From IMG/VR virus record IMGVR_UViG_3300045988_107065: a DNA stretch of 34,387 nucleotides, one strand, 5' to 3'. Under the pieces are notes generated by a model that saw only the letters and a list, made by a program, of their open reading frames with translations, was not told the origin of the DNA and did no database searches. The first letter of the stretch is position 1, and every line of letters begins with the position of its first letter. The stretch is from a virus (lineage: Duplodnaviria; Heunggongvirae; Uroviricota; Caudoviricetes). Shown here in pieces: positions 7,543 through 17,590 of this stretch. The translations under genes and the position numbers were made by a program.

Positions 7543-10289
7543 TATTTGCCCCCTGCGTATATATTGCTCGGAAGGTTATTGGCTGAACCATAACCGAATG
7601 GCTTGGTCAGATCTGGAGGAGTATATCCATCTTTATTGCTGAACTGCGGCAGCGGATTGCCTTCTCTCCGCACTCTAGCTTCATCAACACGCTGTTGCTG
7701 GAACTGAATGGTTTGCCTGTACATTGGAGATGTCAGCTGATCCGGCTTGAAACGAACAGGGAGACCATTTTCTCCAATATAATTTCTAGGTTCTATCGCT
7801 CCGTTTGCGTCAGGCTGTAAAACCATAACAGCATAACTCCTATCCCTTGCCGTAAGGCCATCAGAAACAAGTATTAAGTCCGTATCACTGCGAGGACCGC
7901 CAAAGGATTTTGATTTAAGCTCGCGTTTTTCCTGCTCCCACTGCCCCTGTATCCAGTTACCAGCACCATTATTTACTCCGTACAATGCCTCAGGTGCATA
8001 CTTCATAACCTCTGCTTTGCCATTAACCGTAGAAACTCCCCAGGTGGTTCTGATCATGGCATTGGTCATTTTCTCAGCCTGTTCTGCATCGCCGCCTGTC
8101 TGTACAAAGTTAGCATCGTAAATTGTCTGGTAATCTCGCTGATAGGCCGCATTTGATTTTCCTGGATCGGTAATATCCGGAGACCACGAACCAAAGGAAG
8201 TCAGACTGCTGGCGTTATTTTGTGCAGCAGTTGCCCTCGCCGCGACATATTTTTTGTCTCGCATGGCAGTAGAAAGCATCTGTTTCATTCGGTCATCCTG
8301 TTGGAACACCTGGCTGTAAGCCATATCAACAGCCTTATCCTCCGGCACGCCAGCGCGGGAATAATCGTAAACCTTGCCGTAAAATGCCATCGTACTTTTA
8401 TCAAGTGTTGCCGCTGCCGCCGGATTATTATCGAATAACTGACCGTAGAATTTTGCCATCGGGACAACCAGCGCAGGATCTCTTGATGTTGCTCCACTGT
8501 TAAGCATTGTTTTAACCTGAGTTGGTATCATGCCGCTTTTAGTTGTGACGGTGACCAGTGTATTGATGCTCTGCGGATCAGATATGGAAAACGAAGGCGC
8601 GATATCCTGCGCGAAATAACGGTCTACCGCTGCCTGATTGTTTTTGTCGTTCGGGTCCAGCGGGAAGTTATTTTGCATTGAAGACACGAATCTGTTTCTT
8701 CCCTGCTGAATCTCCCACTCCCTATCCATCTCTTTAAATTTGGCCTGCATTTTCTCCCAGCGTTGCTGGTTAGCTGCAAATCCAGGAGCGTTTGGATCCT
8801 GTGGACGTAAACGTTCAAGAATGTCTTGTCGTCCTTCTGGAGTGAGGTCTTTAGCGGCACCAATGACACCTCCATATTGTATCTGCGCCTGCATATCCTT
8901 CCACTTCATAGCGCCAATGCGCGGACCATTGGCCCGGATAAAATCGTCCTCAGAAGGTAACTTCTCAGGTTTCAATCCTTCATCAAGGGCTGAATATGCA
9001 TCTTTAACTACAGTGCTAAGCTGGTCCGCATACTGCTGGCGGAACTGATTTCTCAGCTCATTAGCCTGCCTCAATGCCTGTATTTGCATTTGAGGGCTCA
9101 TAGCATCAAATGCCGCATTGCCCGTATAACGCTTAGGTGAATCAAGGTTAGTTAGACCAAGGGCTGCCGAGATACCAGTTTCAAGCTGTTCGGTGCTATA
9201 AGGCATACTGCCATTTTCGTGTTTAATAATCCCAGCACATAAAGCAGCTAGTGTCTTTGGGTTAGAGATATCAAGCTGATCATTCTCCCCAACACCAAGC
9301 TCACCACACAATGCCCTAATATAAGCATCAGTATTATTACCATCACTAGCCGGAGCATAGCGATTAACAATCTCGCTAACGGTGTCATAGCCTTGACGCT
9401 GGTAAGACAACATATTTTTACCCAACGCGCGGATTCCATGCTCAGGAGTAGCAAACGTTGCAAAACGCCCATCGCTACCGATCTGACCTTCCCACGGGTT
9501 AGATTTGCTCGCTTCAATATTACCAGGGTTATTATTACGTAAACCACGAGCATCCAATGAATTACCATGTGATATTGCACGACTCACACCATCAAGATCC
9601 CCTGGCTCTCCATTAACCTGAAGAAACTCGTTGTATTTTTGAGCGATATTTCCTATCCATGCTTGCTGCCCCATTTGTTCCTTGAGCTGAGTTTTCTGCT
9701 GAACACGCCACTCATCAGGAAGCCCATGCGCATCAGCGTATTGATCAATAGATTCAAATCGCTGCTTGGCTAAATCGACAAATGCTCGGTTATCGCTATA
9801 TAGCCCCGCAGACTGAGTGACAGCCAATGCATTTCCTGACAAATACGTTTGATCTTGGAATTGCTGAAACTGCCCAACTTCATATCGACGTGCCTGATTG
9901 TAATAAGACTGCATAGACTGCTGGAGTTGAAAGGATAATTTATTCCTTTCCTCACTTTCAGGAATTGAGCCTAATAATGCCTGAGCCCTTTCCTGCATAT
10001 TTTTCATAACAGCGTCACTCAGACCAAGAGCGTTTTTACCCTGTTTAGAAATCAGCCCATTTTCAGGGTTGTTAATCTGGTCATCTGCAAATTGGTTAAA
10101 TTGCAGTAACGCCTCCTGTGCCATAGCAACATTCGCTTTCTGCCTGGCTTCACCATATGCCACCGCATACTGATCTGCGACATTCGCCAGCACCTGACCT
10201 GCCTGAGGAACATCGAAGGTCTGAAAACCACCGGTTTGCACACCACGACTTTGCACCTGGCGTCCGGATGTAGTAGGAACAACAGGCAT
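7542..10289 (-). CDS. Large internal virion protein (915 aa; T7 gp15-like position)
   Basis: Size and position; contains a conserved-looking segment NNPGNIEASKSNPWEGQIG...FATFATPEHGIRALGKN whose function I cannot assign with certainty. Confidence 0.5.
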   Translation of the reverse strand: MPVVPTTSGRQVQSRGVQTGGFQTFDVPQAGQVLANVADQYAVAYGEARQKANVAMAQEALLQFNQFADDQINNPENGLISKQGKNALGLSDAVMKNMQERAQALLGSIPESEERNKLSFQLQQSMQSYYNQARRYEVGQFQQFQDQTYLSGNALAVTQSAGLYSDNRAFVDLAKQRFESIDQYADAHGLPDEWRVQQKTQLKEQMGQQAWIGNIAQKYNEFLQVNGEPGDLDGVSRAISHGNSLDARGLRNNNPGNIEASKSNPWEGQIGSDGRFATFATPEHGIRALGKNMLSYQRQGYDTVSEIVNRYAPASDGNNTDAYIRALCGELGVGENDQLDISNPKTLAALCAGIIKHENGSMPYSTEQLETGISAALGLTNLDSPKRYTGNAAFDAMSPQMQIQALRQANELRNQFRQQYADQLSTVVKDAYSALDEGLKPEKLPSEDDFIRANGPRIGAMKWKDMQAQIQYGGVIGAAKDLTPEGRQDILERLRPQDPNAPGFAANQQRWEKMQAKFKEMDREWEIQQGRNRFVSSMQNNFPLDPNDKNNQAAVDRYFAQDIAPSFSISDPQSINTLVTVTTKSGMIPTQVKTMLNSGATSRDPALVVPMAKFYGQLFDNNPAAAATLDKSTMAFYGKVYDYSRAGVPEDKAVDMAYSQVFQQDDRMKQMLSTAMRDKKYVAARATAAQNNASSLTSFGSWSPDITDPGKSNAAYQRDYQTIYDANFVQTGGDAEQAEKMTNAMIRTTWGVSTVNGKAEVMKYAPEALYGVNNGAGNWIQGQWEQEKRELKSKSFGGPRSDTDLILVSDGLTARDRSYAVMVLQPDANGAIEPRNYIGENGLPVRFKPDQLTSPMYRQTIQFQQQRVDEARVRREGNPLPQFSNKDGYTPPDLTKPFGYGSANNLPSNIYAGGK

Positions 10290-10864
10290 CAGTAACCTCC
10301 TATTTTGAATCGGGAGTCAGAATTCATAAAACCTGAGTTAGATAGCATTGGCGTCCCACCACCAGATGTACTTCCTTTAGAGAACGGACTCCACGTCCCA
10401 CCAAACATCTGGTACGCACCGTATGCCTTCAGAGGCGCGGTGAGCAATGTTGTTGCTGCTCCCACATTCCCCTGTTTACGGGCTGAACTGGCTTCTGCTT
10501 TATAGTTGGCAGCCTGAACCTGATAACCGTAAGCCTCGCGTTGCGCGTTATTCACCGTCGTCAGCGAATCAAGAGCGCCAAACTGGGCTGTGTCGCCAAA
10601 TATATCCAGCGCGTTACCTGTAGATAAATCAGCGCCGGTAGCCCCCATTGTCGCCGCCTGTGTACCAAGCCGCTGTCGGGTCTCTCTGCGCCGTTGCTCA
10701 GCTTCAGCGTTACCTCTGTTTATTGCATCATTTGCCTGAGCTGTGGCTATATCTGCGTTCGCTTCTGCAACCTTCGAGGCATACTTTCCCTGTTGGTACT
10801 GGGTGTATGCCTGAATGCCACTCATGGCGAGCATTGCACCACCAGCAATAACCGGATCGCACAT
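10289..10864 (-). CDS. Internal virion protein (191 aa; T7 gp14-like position), Ala/Gly/Gln-rich
   Basis: Position and composition. Confidence 0.4.
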   Translation of the reverse strand: MCDPVIAGGAMLAMSGIQAYTQYQQGKYASKVAEANADIATAQANDAINRGNAEAEQRRRETRQRLGTQAATMGATGADLSTGNALDIFGDTAQFGALDSLTTVNNAQREAYGYQVQAANYKAEASSARKQGNVGAATTLLTAPLKAYGAYQMFGGTWSPFSKGSTSGGGTPMLSNSGFMNSDSRFKIGGY

Positions 10865-11328
10865 TATTTTCTCTCCATGTGAAATCTGTGGAAATTAAGA
10901 CCAAGAGCACCATAAGGCGCGGCTTCTTCAAGCCTGAATCCAAGCCAGTGCAGCCATGCTTTGGCAACATGGTTTCGCTCGTCGACGTAGTTTTCCAGGC
11001 GCGGATAAACTGCCAGCATCTGCTGCAATACAGGGCGGCAGTGGCGCAGAAATGTCTTCTGATATTTTTCAATACGGCTGGTTCCTACCAGCCAGGGCGT
11101 ACCATTGCCACCGATCATTGACGCCGGAGATACGCCAAACATGGTTACCAGTTCTCCGTTCGCAAATCCTGACCAGGCCATAGTCGCAGTGCGAAGACCA
11201 ACACGCAGCGCATCTTCGGTAGTCATCAGCGATACCGCATACAGTTCGTCAATATCAGCCTGACGAACATCCGGCAAAATCATCTGAAGATGCTCTTCGG
11301 TGGCGGGAATAATTTGAACATCGATCAT
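10864..11328 (-). CDS. Hypothetical virion-associated protein (154 aa)
   Basis: Position within the structural operon, translationally coupled to neighbours. Confidence 0.35.
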   Translation of the reverse strand: MIDVQIIPATEEHLQMILPDVRQADIDELYAVSLMTTEDALRVGLRTATMAWSGFANGELVTMFGVSPASMIGGNGTPWLVGTSRIEKYQKTFLRHCRPVLQQMLAVYPRLENYVDERNHVAKAWLHWLGFRLEEAAPYGALGLNFHRFHMERK

Positions 11329-13781
11329 CAGAATCCCCCAACAGTAAGACGAGGAATAACGGCAAGAACAGACAGCGGCAACGGGTCAAGCTGACGGATT
11401 CTTACACGTCCGTTTTTGCCCCAGTTACTGTCCAGTTTCACTTCTACTTTTCCGGTAGCGTCATCAACAGGATCATCGTAGAACTCGAATTCACGCTGTG
11501 GATATTCGTACCATTTACCGCCGGGCGTAGTCGCCCAGATGCCGCGACTGGCATTCACAACCAGAGTAACTGACGGGATCACCTGTTTTTTGTCCAGCAG
11601 CGTTTCCTGTCCGTTAATGTTGATATCCAGTGTTTCGAATTCAGCAGTTATTGGCAGGCCGATGTGCACAACAGCCCCCGGTGATTCCAGCGTGACGGCA
11701 CCTCCGGAAACCACTTTTTGTGGTTCCACGTTCGCATCAGAGAGGATGTTTACGGTCTGGCCTTCAAGATGAGACAAGCCGCCAAATGTCCGGCGCGCCA
11801 TCTGCCAGTTTGTGGTAGCCACATTCCTGAGGGATGGCGGGACGTTCCTGTTAGCACGAACCACTACTGCGGTATTGCTGGTTACAGAAATAATGTCGCA
11901 ACGTAATTCTTTTGACACTTCATCGCCGGTATAAGGGAACTGTAGTTGCGCACCGACATCACTACTGGTGAAGTACGCACCACCAGAAACACTGATTGTA
12001 TATTCCGCGCGGTAATCCCATTCACCAGAACCACCAGTGATGGTCATCGTTCTGTCAGACGTATTTCTTCCATCATAGCTAAGGCCAGAATCAACAAAGA
12101 AAGCATCTTCATCGCTGGTAAATAAACGGCTGGACAGTCGCTCGATGTATCTCACTGTTTGCCCGTTAACGGTTCGGTTAACGACGAAATACACCGCATC
12201 TTCATTGCCTTCGCTGATACTGCATGTGCTTTCATATTTTCCGGTACTGGACTGTGGTGCCCATGCAAAAACCTGTTGATCACGCAGATAGGTCATCACC
12301 AGTAATTTACCGTCATCACGAATGCAGAAGGCGCTGGAGTAAGGGACAATAGAGAAGCACCAGTCAACAATGCTGTGCTTCTGAAAAAGATGATTGGCAA
12401 GGATGGTCAGGTCGTTCCCCTGATAGCCGTCAACATCGAATGAGTAGGCCAGATCACGGACAACACTGCCTTTCTCCTGGACGAACAGAGCAATATTCGC
12501 CACGGCAATTGGTGGGACATTGCTCGAGCCATTTGATCCCTGAGAGCTGAATGCAAATGATGATGGGGTTAACACTTTGTTCTGGTCGCCGGTGATGACG
12601 TACTCACCTCCGGAAGTCAGTGCCACCAGCGAACCGACATCAATCAGGTGGCGGATCTCATTAACCTGACGCCCGGCATAGGTGTAGATAATTCTGTCGT
12701 CATCCTGCGTAGGATTGCTTTTGCCAAAATCCTTATAATCCCCGGTACGGCTGGCCCAGATAGTCTGAGGGAACGCAGTCGATGCGGCGAAGTAAAGGCG
12801 TTGTTGATAATAAACAACAGTGCCAGGATAACCGTTAATACTGTTCCAGGCATATTTAGCCCATTTATAGCTGGCATTATCCTCGCCAACTACCTGCGAA
12901 GGGATATAGGAAATCACCTCGGCAGTTGCAGTAGTTCCATTTGCAGCAGAGATACGGGCAATGCCAAAACCACTGTGCAGATACTCCCACTCAATGCCGG
13001 TATCATCATCACCGGATCCGCCCCAGCCATCCCATGATGTGCCTTCTGTATGCGAAGGGCGCAAAGTGCCTGTTTTGCCTGCTGTAACGGCGCGATAGTA
13101 GTTACTGTCTGCACGGCGAATATCGCCAATCGACGTACTCTTACTGGTTTCCCATACCGGCACAGAATCCACTGCAGGCTGTTCCAGATAGAACAATTTG
13201 CCTACCTGCTCCGCGCCAAAAATAGAGGCGCTTGCCGTTAACGTAATTGTCCCGGTGCTGGCGCTGGCATAAACCGTCACTGACTCGTCAATATTGATAT
13301 CTTCAAATGGCCCGTTCTTCGTTACCACATCAACCAGTTGCCAGTTGTCATGCGCATAGCGGCGCAACTCTTTCGGCGGGTATGCCGGATGAACCAGCGT
13401 AAGCACGTCTGCGCTTTGCGTGAATTTAATTCGGAACAGATCGGCTTCAGTATATGGCGTGGCAATTTCATAAATAACATTGCTGCTGTTCAGCACCAAC
13501 GCACCATCTTTGATAACGCGCATGTACTGGTGTCCGAACTCCAGAGCATAAGTCTGAACCGTCGAGAACTGGAACGGGATCAGGCGGCATTTCCGATTTG
13601 GGTATTTGGCGGCACCGACAAAACGCGTACCAGGTCGATTCTCAACGCCGCCATACTGCCGCACGATAAAGTTATCGCACTTGCGCAATGCCACCTGGTA
13701 CTTCGCCATGTCGATACGACCGTACAACGATGGTCCAATCTCACCACCGGCAAAGCTGGGCTGGATCCAACTGATAGCCAT
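11328..13781 (-). CDS. Tail tubular protein B-like (nozzle; 817 aa)
   Basis: Size (T7 gp12 is 794 aa) and position after the gp11-like gene; beta-rich composition. Confidence 0.55.
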   Translation of the reverse strand: MAISWIQPSFAGGEIGPSLYGRIDMAKYQVALRKCDNFIVRQYGGVENRPGTRFVGAAKYPNRKCRLIPFQFSTVQTYALEFGHQYMRVIKDGALVLNSSNVIYEIATPYTEADLFRIKFTQSADVLTLVHPAYPPKELRRYAHDNWQLVDVVTKNGPFEDINIDESVTVYASASTGTITLTASASIFGAEQVGKLFYLEQPAVDSVPVWETSKSTSIGDIRRADSNYYRAVTAGKTGTLRPSHTEGTSWDGWGGSGDDDTGIEWEYLHSGFGIARISAANGTTATAEVISYIPSQVVGEDNASYKWAKYAWNSINGYPGTVVYYQQRLYFAASTAFPQTIWASRTGDYKDFGKSNPTQDDDRIIYTYAGRQVNEIRHLIDVGSLVALTSGGEYVITGDQNKVLTPSSFAFSSQGSNGSSNVPPIAVANIALFVQEKGSVVRDLAYSFDVDGYQGNDLTILANHLFQKHSIVDWCFSIVPYSSAFCIRDDGKLLVMTYLRDQQVFAWAPQSSTGKYESTCSISEGNEDAVYFVVNRTVNGQTVRYIERLSSRLFTSDEDAFFVDSGLSYDGRNTSDRTMTITGGSGEWDYRAEYTISVSGGAYFTSSDVGAQLQFPYTGDEVSKELRCDIISVTSNTAVVVRANRNVPPSLRNVATTNWQMARRTFGGLSHLEGQTVNILSDANVEPQKVVSGGAVTLESPGAVVHIGLPITAEFETLDININGQETLLDKKQVIPSVTLVVNASRGIWATTPGGKWYEYPQREFEFYDDPVDDATGKVEVKLDSNWGKNGRVRIRQLDPLPLSVLAVIPRLTVGGF

Positions 13782-14386
13782 CAGGACAACCTCGCAATAG
13801 TAAACTCGTCAACCGGTGGCTGTGGTTCCTGTGATTCATTCTGGCTATGCGAGCCAGCACTAAGAATCACGCGATTGTACATATTGAGGGCAAACGTACC
13901 GAGGTCTGCATTCCCAGTCAGCGCCATGTTAATAGCTGCCGCAAGACGCCAGGCCAACGCCTCCATAAAAATGGCATCAAACATGTTCACATCTGAAACG
14001 CGAGAGACATACTTGAGCCATGCCTGCGGCTGGTCTGTGTAGATCAACTTTCCTGTTCCGTTGGTGTCTGCACCAACTTCGTACTGAACGCGCATTGCTG
14101 CTGTTGGATTGCGTACACCAGGAAGCATAATTTCAGTAATGCGCAGACAATCGGACGGGTACTGGTACGCATATTCCCAGTCAGGCGGTGGATTGCTCGT
14201 ATCTGCAAGCGCCACGCGTTTGGTAGCAAAGTTCCAGTCAAAATCAGAAAGAACAGCATCACGGCAGGCCTCAAAGTGCAGCGAACATTCACCCGCTTCC
14301 TTGCTGGCTTCCGTCAGGCTGTTAATACTGCGGCTGTTGCCAATATTGGACAGCGCACGATTACAGATCTCTACTACAGAGGCCAT
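13781..14386 (-). CDS. Tail tubular protein A-like (adaptor/gatekeeper; about 201 aa)
   Basis: Size (T7 gp11 is 196 aa) and weak N-terminal resemblance; ATG at 14386 preceded by GGAGG. Confidence 0.5.
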   Translation of the reverse strand: MASVVEICNRALSNIGNSRSINSLTEASKEAGECSLHFEACRDAVLSDFDWNFATKRVALADTSNPPPDWEYAYQYPSDCLRITEIMLPGVRNPTAAMRVQYEVGADTNGTGKLIYTDQPQAWLKYVSRVSDVNMFDAIFMEALAWRLAAAINMALTGNADLGTFALNMYNRVILSAGSHSQNESQEPQPPVDEFTIARLS

Positions 14387-14709
14387 CACTCACCTCCGTT
14401 ACCGTACAGAGTTTCAGCCGCTGATTTTTCTACATCCCTGGAAACAGGAGCGATCGCCATATCAGTGATCTGCAGATCGGCGCTGCGATTAACACCATCG
14501 TCAGTTTCTCTGGCAGACAGGCCTCGAATAACAGCCTTTGCAGTTATCATCACTTCTGTTCCGACGCCCTGAGGTTGCGCCTTCAGCTTATTCAATGTGT
14601 CGTTATTAAGAGTGATGCACAGCCCCCACGGGTATTCATCGCGAGTTCTGGTTTCTCCGCTCTCATCCTGGTAGCTGTCAGTGCCGGTTTTGAGGTTTAC
14701 GAGTTCCAT
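14386..14709 (-). CDS. Hypothetical structural protein (about 107 aa)
   Basis: ATG at 14709 with AGGAG 5 nt upstream. Confidence 0.4.
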   Translation of the reverse strand: MELVNLKTGTDSYQDESGETRTRDEYPWGLCITLNNDTLNKLKAQPQGVGTEVMITAKAVIRGLSARETDDGVNRSADLQITDMAIAPVSRDVEKSAAETLYGNGGE

Positions 14710-14733
14710 ATACACTCCTGCAATAAAGGGGCC

Positions 14734-14751
14734 GAAGCCCCTTGTCTGATC
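14734..14751 (-). terminator. Intergenic hairpin (possible attenuating terminator)
   Basis: aaggggc-cgaa-gcccctt. Confidence 0.35.
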
Positions 14752-14759
14752 CGCGAGGC

Positions 14760-15095
14760 TTACACGCCCAGTTCTTTACGCTTATCTGCGATCTTCTCGC
14801 GGAGCGTTTCAGCTTTGGCGTTATGGTGTGGCTTCTCGTTAAAGAGCAATTCGTACTCTTCACGGAGCTTATCCAGTTCACCATCATCTGACACATCGTT
14901 GATGATTTTGGTGCTGGTTGCTGCCATTGACACCTTTACTGCAACTTTTGCTTTTGCCTGTCTGGCTGCATCGTTAACAGGTTCCAGTGCGCTACCAGGC
15001 TCACCTTCGTATTCGATTTCTGCCCCCTCCGGCCACAGTGTGTTATGGATATGAGAGAGGCGCAGAACGCGGTATCTTGGTTTCTCACCTGACAT
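14760..15095 (-). CDS. Hypothetical structural protein (about 111 aa)
   Basis: ATG at 15095 with AAGGTGA 5 nt upstream. Confidence 0.4.
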   Translation of the reverse strand: MSGEKPRYRVLRLSHIHNTLWPEGAEIEYEGEPGSALEPVNDAARQAKAKVAVKVSMAATSTKIINDVSDDGELDKLREEYELLFNEKPHHNAKAETLREKIADKRKELGV

Positions 15096-15105
15096 CGATA
15101 TCACC

Positions 15106-15543
15106 TTAACCAGTTACTTTTGAGCGGATCGGGTACGGCGTATTGGCATCAACATCCAGACTGATACCCGCAGTGAATTTGCCGGCCGTTAGTGGGCCAG
15201 TTGCGACGGAGTAGTTAACACGCAGATATCGCTGAACACCGGCTGGCACCTTTGCAGAAACAACTCGCTTACCTGCTGTCAGGGTGGCCTTTGCCAACGC
15301 ACCACTATCATAAATAGTGGTCCAAGAGCTGTTATTCTCACTCGTCTGCAACTGGATGTTTACAGTTGCCTCACCACTTGCCGTGGCGGCTTCGTTAACC
15401 AGCCCCCAAAACTCAAGCGGGTAACCCACACCGATATCGCGACGGTTTCCATCAATTGGACCGAGATCGATTACGTCAGTAGAAGCCGCGGTATCAGTTA
15501 CCGCCTGTGCTTCGGAGAACATCAACAGTTTGTCGGTGATCAT
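15106..15543 (-). CDS. Hypothetical head protein (145 aa), possible decoration/cement protein
   Basis: Position immediately downstream of the major capsid gene; beta-rich sequence. Confidence 0.35.
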   Translation of the reverse strand: MITDKLLMFSEAQAVTDTAASTDVIDLGPIDGNRRDIGVGYPLEFWGLVNEAATASGEATVNIQLQTSENNSSWTTIYDSGALAKATLTAGKRVVSAKVPAGVQRYLRVNYSVATGPLTAGKFTAGISLDVDANTPYPIRSKVTG

Positions 15544-15562
15544 CTTCTTTCTCCATTAGTGG

Positions 15563-15582
15563 GTCTGTTACGACCCACAGGT
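15563..15582 (-). other. Stem-loop downstream of the major capsid gene
   Basis: gtgggtc-tgttac-gacccac. Confidence 0.35.
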
Positions 15583-15594
15583 TAATAACAGGCG

Positions 15595-16587
15595 TTACAC
15601 CACGCGGGCTTCTGTTTCCAGAAGCGCATCAGTTTCACGGATTGGTACACCACGGAATGACGTCCACCACTCGCCTTCAGTCTCTTTTACGCTAATCGCC
15701 AGAGATGTTTTCTCCAGAGACTGCAGATCAAGAGCCTGGCCTACAGTGCGGTTCATGTAGAACACCGGGCGACCCATGCCACGGTTTGGAATGCGATGCA
15801 GTGCTTTAACCATCAACTTCGCAATATTTGCGGCAGAGGAAGGTTCTGAAAGATTGCTGACATCGATGTTTGCAATGCGAACAACATAACGCCAGTCACG
15901 CAGAGCAAGTCCGTTATCCCATTTGTAATGGGTGCGATAGCCTTCGTACTTGCCGCCATTAGCATCTTCCAGTGTCACCTGGCCTTTATCTTCCATCTTG
16001 ATGCCAGCCTTCTGCCCTTTCGGGAAGATGCCATGCACGGTGTTTTCGCCCCACACTACTAACCAGATTGAGGTGTTATCTGTACCCGTGCCACCAGCAT
16101 CAATGATGTTCTGAGCATTACCCGCAGACAGGCTGGAATAGCGGGAGGACAGTCCCATAAACTGCTGAGGGTTAACGCTGGAATCACCATAAAACAGTGT
16201 CTGCGCCATCTGCTGATTCATCGCTTCAATAAATGCGCGGTCTTCAGACAGGCGGAATTCGGCGGTATTACCGTTCAGATCAGCCAGTGACTTATCGACT
16301 TCAGCATAGGTTTCCAGCATTCCAACGGAATCGGTGACCTGCACTGTGGTTGATTTGCTTGGCTGTACGCCATAGTTCAGCAAACGCCAGGTGGCTGAAG
16401 GTAAACCAGAACGAATGGTGGTTCGGTGTCCGGTAGGAAGGTTCCCTTCGACAAAAGGCATATCCTGAAGGATCGGGTTAGTTTGACCGAGAAGCTCGAT
16501 AATCTTATCGACTTTCCCGTTTGGATCGACGCGCTTACCCCAGTCAGCCAGCGTTAGCGCAGTTAAGCCTTTAACAGCCATTGTCAT
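15595..16587 (-). CDS. Major capsid protein (330 aa)
   Basis: Position after the scaffold gene and size; no sequence-level family assignment possible by eye. Confidence 0.6.
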   Translation of the reverse strand: MTMAVKGLTALTLADWGKRVDPNGKVDKIIELLGQTNPILQDMPFVEGNLPTGHRTTIRSGLPSATWRLLNYGVQPSKSTTVQVTDSVGMLETYAEVDKSLADLNGNTAEFRLSEDRAFIEAMNQQMAQTLFYGDSSVNPQQFMGLSSRYSSLSAGNAQNIIDAGGTGTDNTSIWLVVWGENTVHGIFPKGQKAGIKMEDKGQVTLEDANGGKYEGYRTHYKWDNGLALRDWRYVVRIANIDVSNLSEPSSAANIAKLMVKALHRIPNRGMGRPVFYMNRTVGQALDLQSLEKTSLAISVKETEGEWWTSFRGVPIRETDALLETEARVV

Positions 16588-16595
16588 TTCCTCTC

Positions 16596-17291
16596 TTATT
16601 TGCCATAGAGCACTTCGGCCGCACTACGCTGGCCTTCATTACCACCGGTGACCATGCCATCTTCAGACATCGCCTTTCCGATTTTCACGAACGTTTTGAC
16701 CAGATCAGGGTGATTACCCAGTCCGGTGGTGTTCAGATATTCTTTGAGTTCAGGTGTCCCGAACTGGTCAAGCGCACGCTGTGCGGCGCTAAGGTTAGAA
16801 ATCAACTTGTCGCCACCGATTTCTTTGTCAGCTTTTACATCCGCAGCCCACTGCTCGGTTGTTTTCTGCCAGGCTTCTGCCTGGCGCTGCTGAACACCTG
16901 CCAGAATCTTCGGATAAGCATCAACCAGCTTTTGCGCTTGCTCGTTGGTCAGGTTTAGTTCTCGCGCCACCGGCTCGAATTCCTTCAACGCTTCTGTATC
17001 CAGCTCTACGCCTTCGGCAGCCTGAAACTCGTACTTCTCAGGCGCACCCTCTGGTTTATCGCCGCCCTTTTTTTCATCCTGCTTATCGTTTTCAGGCTTT
17101 TTGTCATCAGCAGGTTTATCGCCATCAGCAACAGGTTGTGGCTTATCACCTTCCGGTTGTGATGGATCACCAACTGGAGCAGGGTTATCACCTGCAGGCG
17201 CTGACGGTTCTGACGCAGCCGGAGCTGCTCCACCATCGACTGGTTGCTCATTGCAAAGACGGCGATACAGCAAACGCTCAAATAAATTCAT
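16596..17291 (-). CDS. Scaffolding protein (acidic, Pro/Asp/Lys-rich, helical C-terminus)
   Basis: Composition and position between portal and capsid; ATG at 17291 with AGGAG 5 nt upstream. Confidence 0.55.
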   Translation of the reverse strand: MNLFERLLYRRLCNEQPVDGGAAPAASEPSAPAGDNPAPVGDPSQPEGDKPQPVADGDKPADDKKPENDKQDEKKGGDKPEGAPEKYEFQAAEGVELDTEALKEFEPVARELNLTNEQAQKLVDAYPKILAGVQQRQAEAWQKTTEQWAADVKADKEIGGDKLISNLSAAQRALDQFGTPELKEYLNTTGLGNHPDLVKTFVKIGKAMSEDGMVTGGNEGQRSAAEVLYGK

Positions 17292-17293
17292 GA

Positions 17294-17590
17294 TCACTCC
17301 TGTTCACTGGCCTCTTTGGCCATCTTCAAATACTGTTCAGGGCAATGCGCCATAACGCGCTGAAACAGTTCCAGCGCCAGATTGCGTTGCCCCTCATTAA
17401 ATGCCATTGCCATAGAGTCCATCGGTGAGATAGCGGAAAACACACGGCCTTTCTCCAGCACCGACCAGACAACGCGACGCCCCTGTTCACTGCTCATGAC
17501 AAAGCGAATGTCATCAATTTCACGCTGTGCCATGTCACATTGCTTACGGGCGTTTTCTTCTTTCAGTTGATCATCTTCGTAATCTGTCAT
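17294..17590 (-). CDS. Hypothetical protein (98 aa) between portal and scaffold
   Basis: ORF translationally coupled to portal. Confidence 0.4.
   Translation of the reverse strand: MTDYEDDQLKEENARKQCDMAQREIDDIRFVMSSEQGRRVVWSVLEKGRVFSAISPMDSMAMAFNEGQRNLALELFQRVMAHCPEQYLKMAKEASEQE

Noticed and set aside
13338-14042. 234 aa plus-strand ORF overlapping the tail tube B-like and tube A-like genes
   Set aside because: Antisense shadow ORF spanning two real genes; no start context.
16859-17293. 144 aa plus-strand ORF antisense to the scaffold gene (also 17101-17355)
   Set aside because: Shadow ORFs produced by the Pro/Ala/Gly-rich scaffold coding strand; no independent support.
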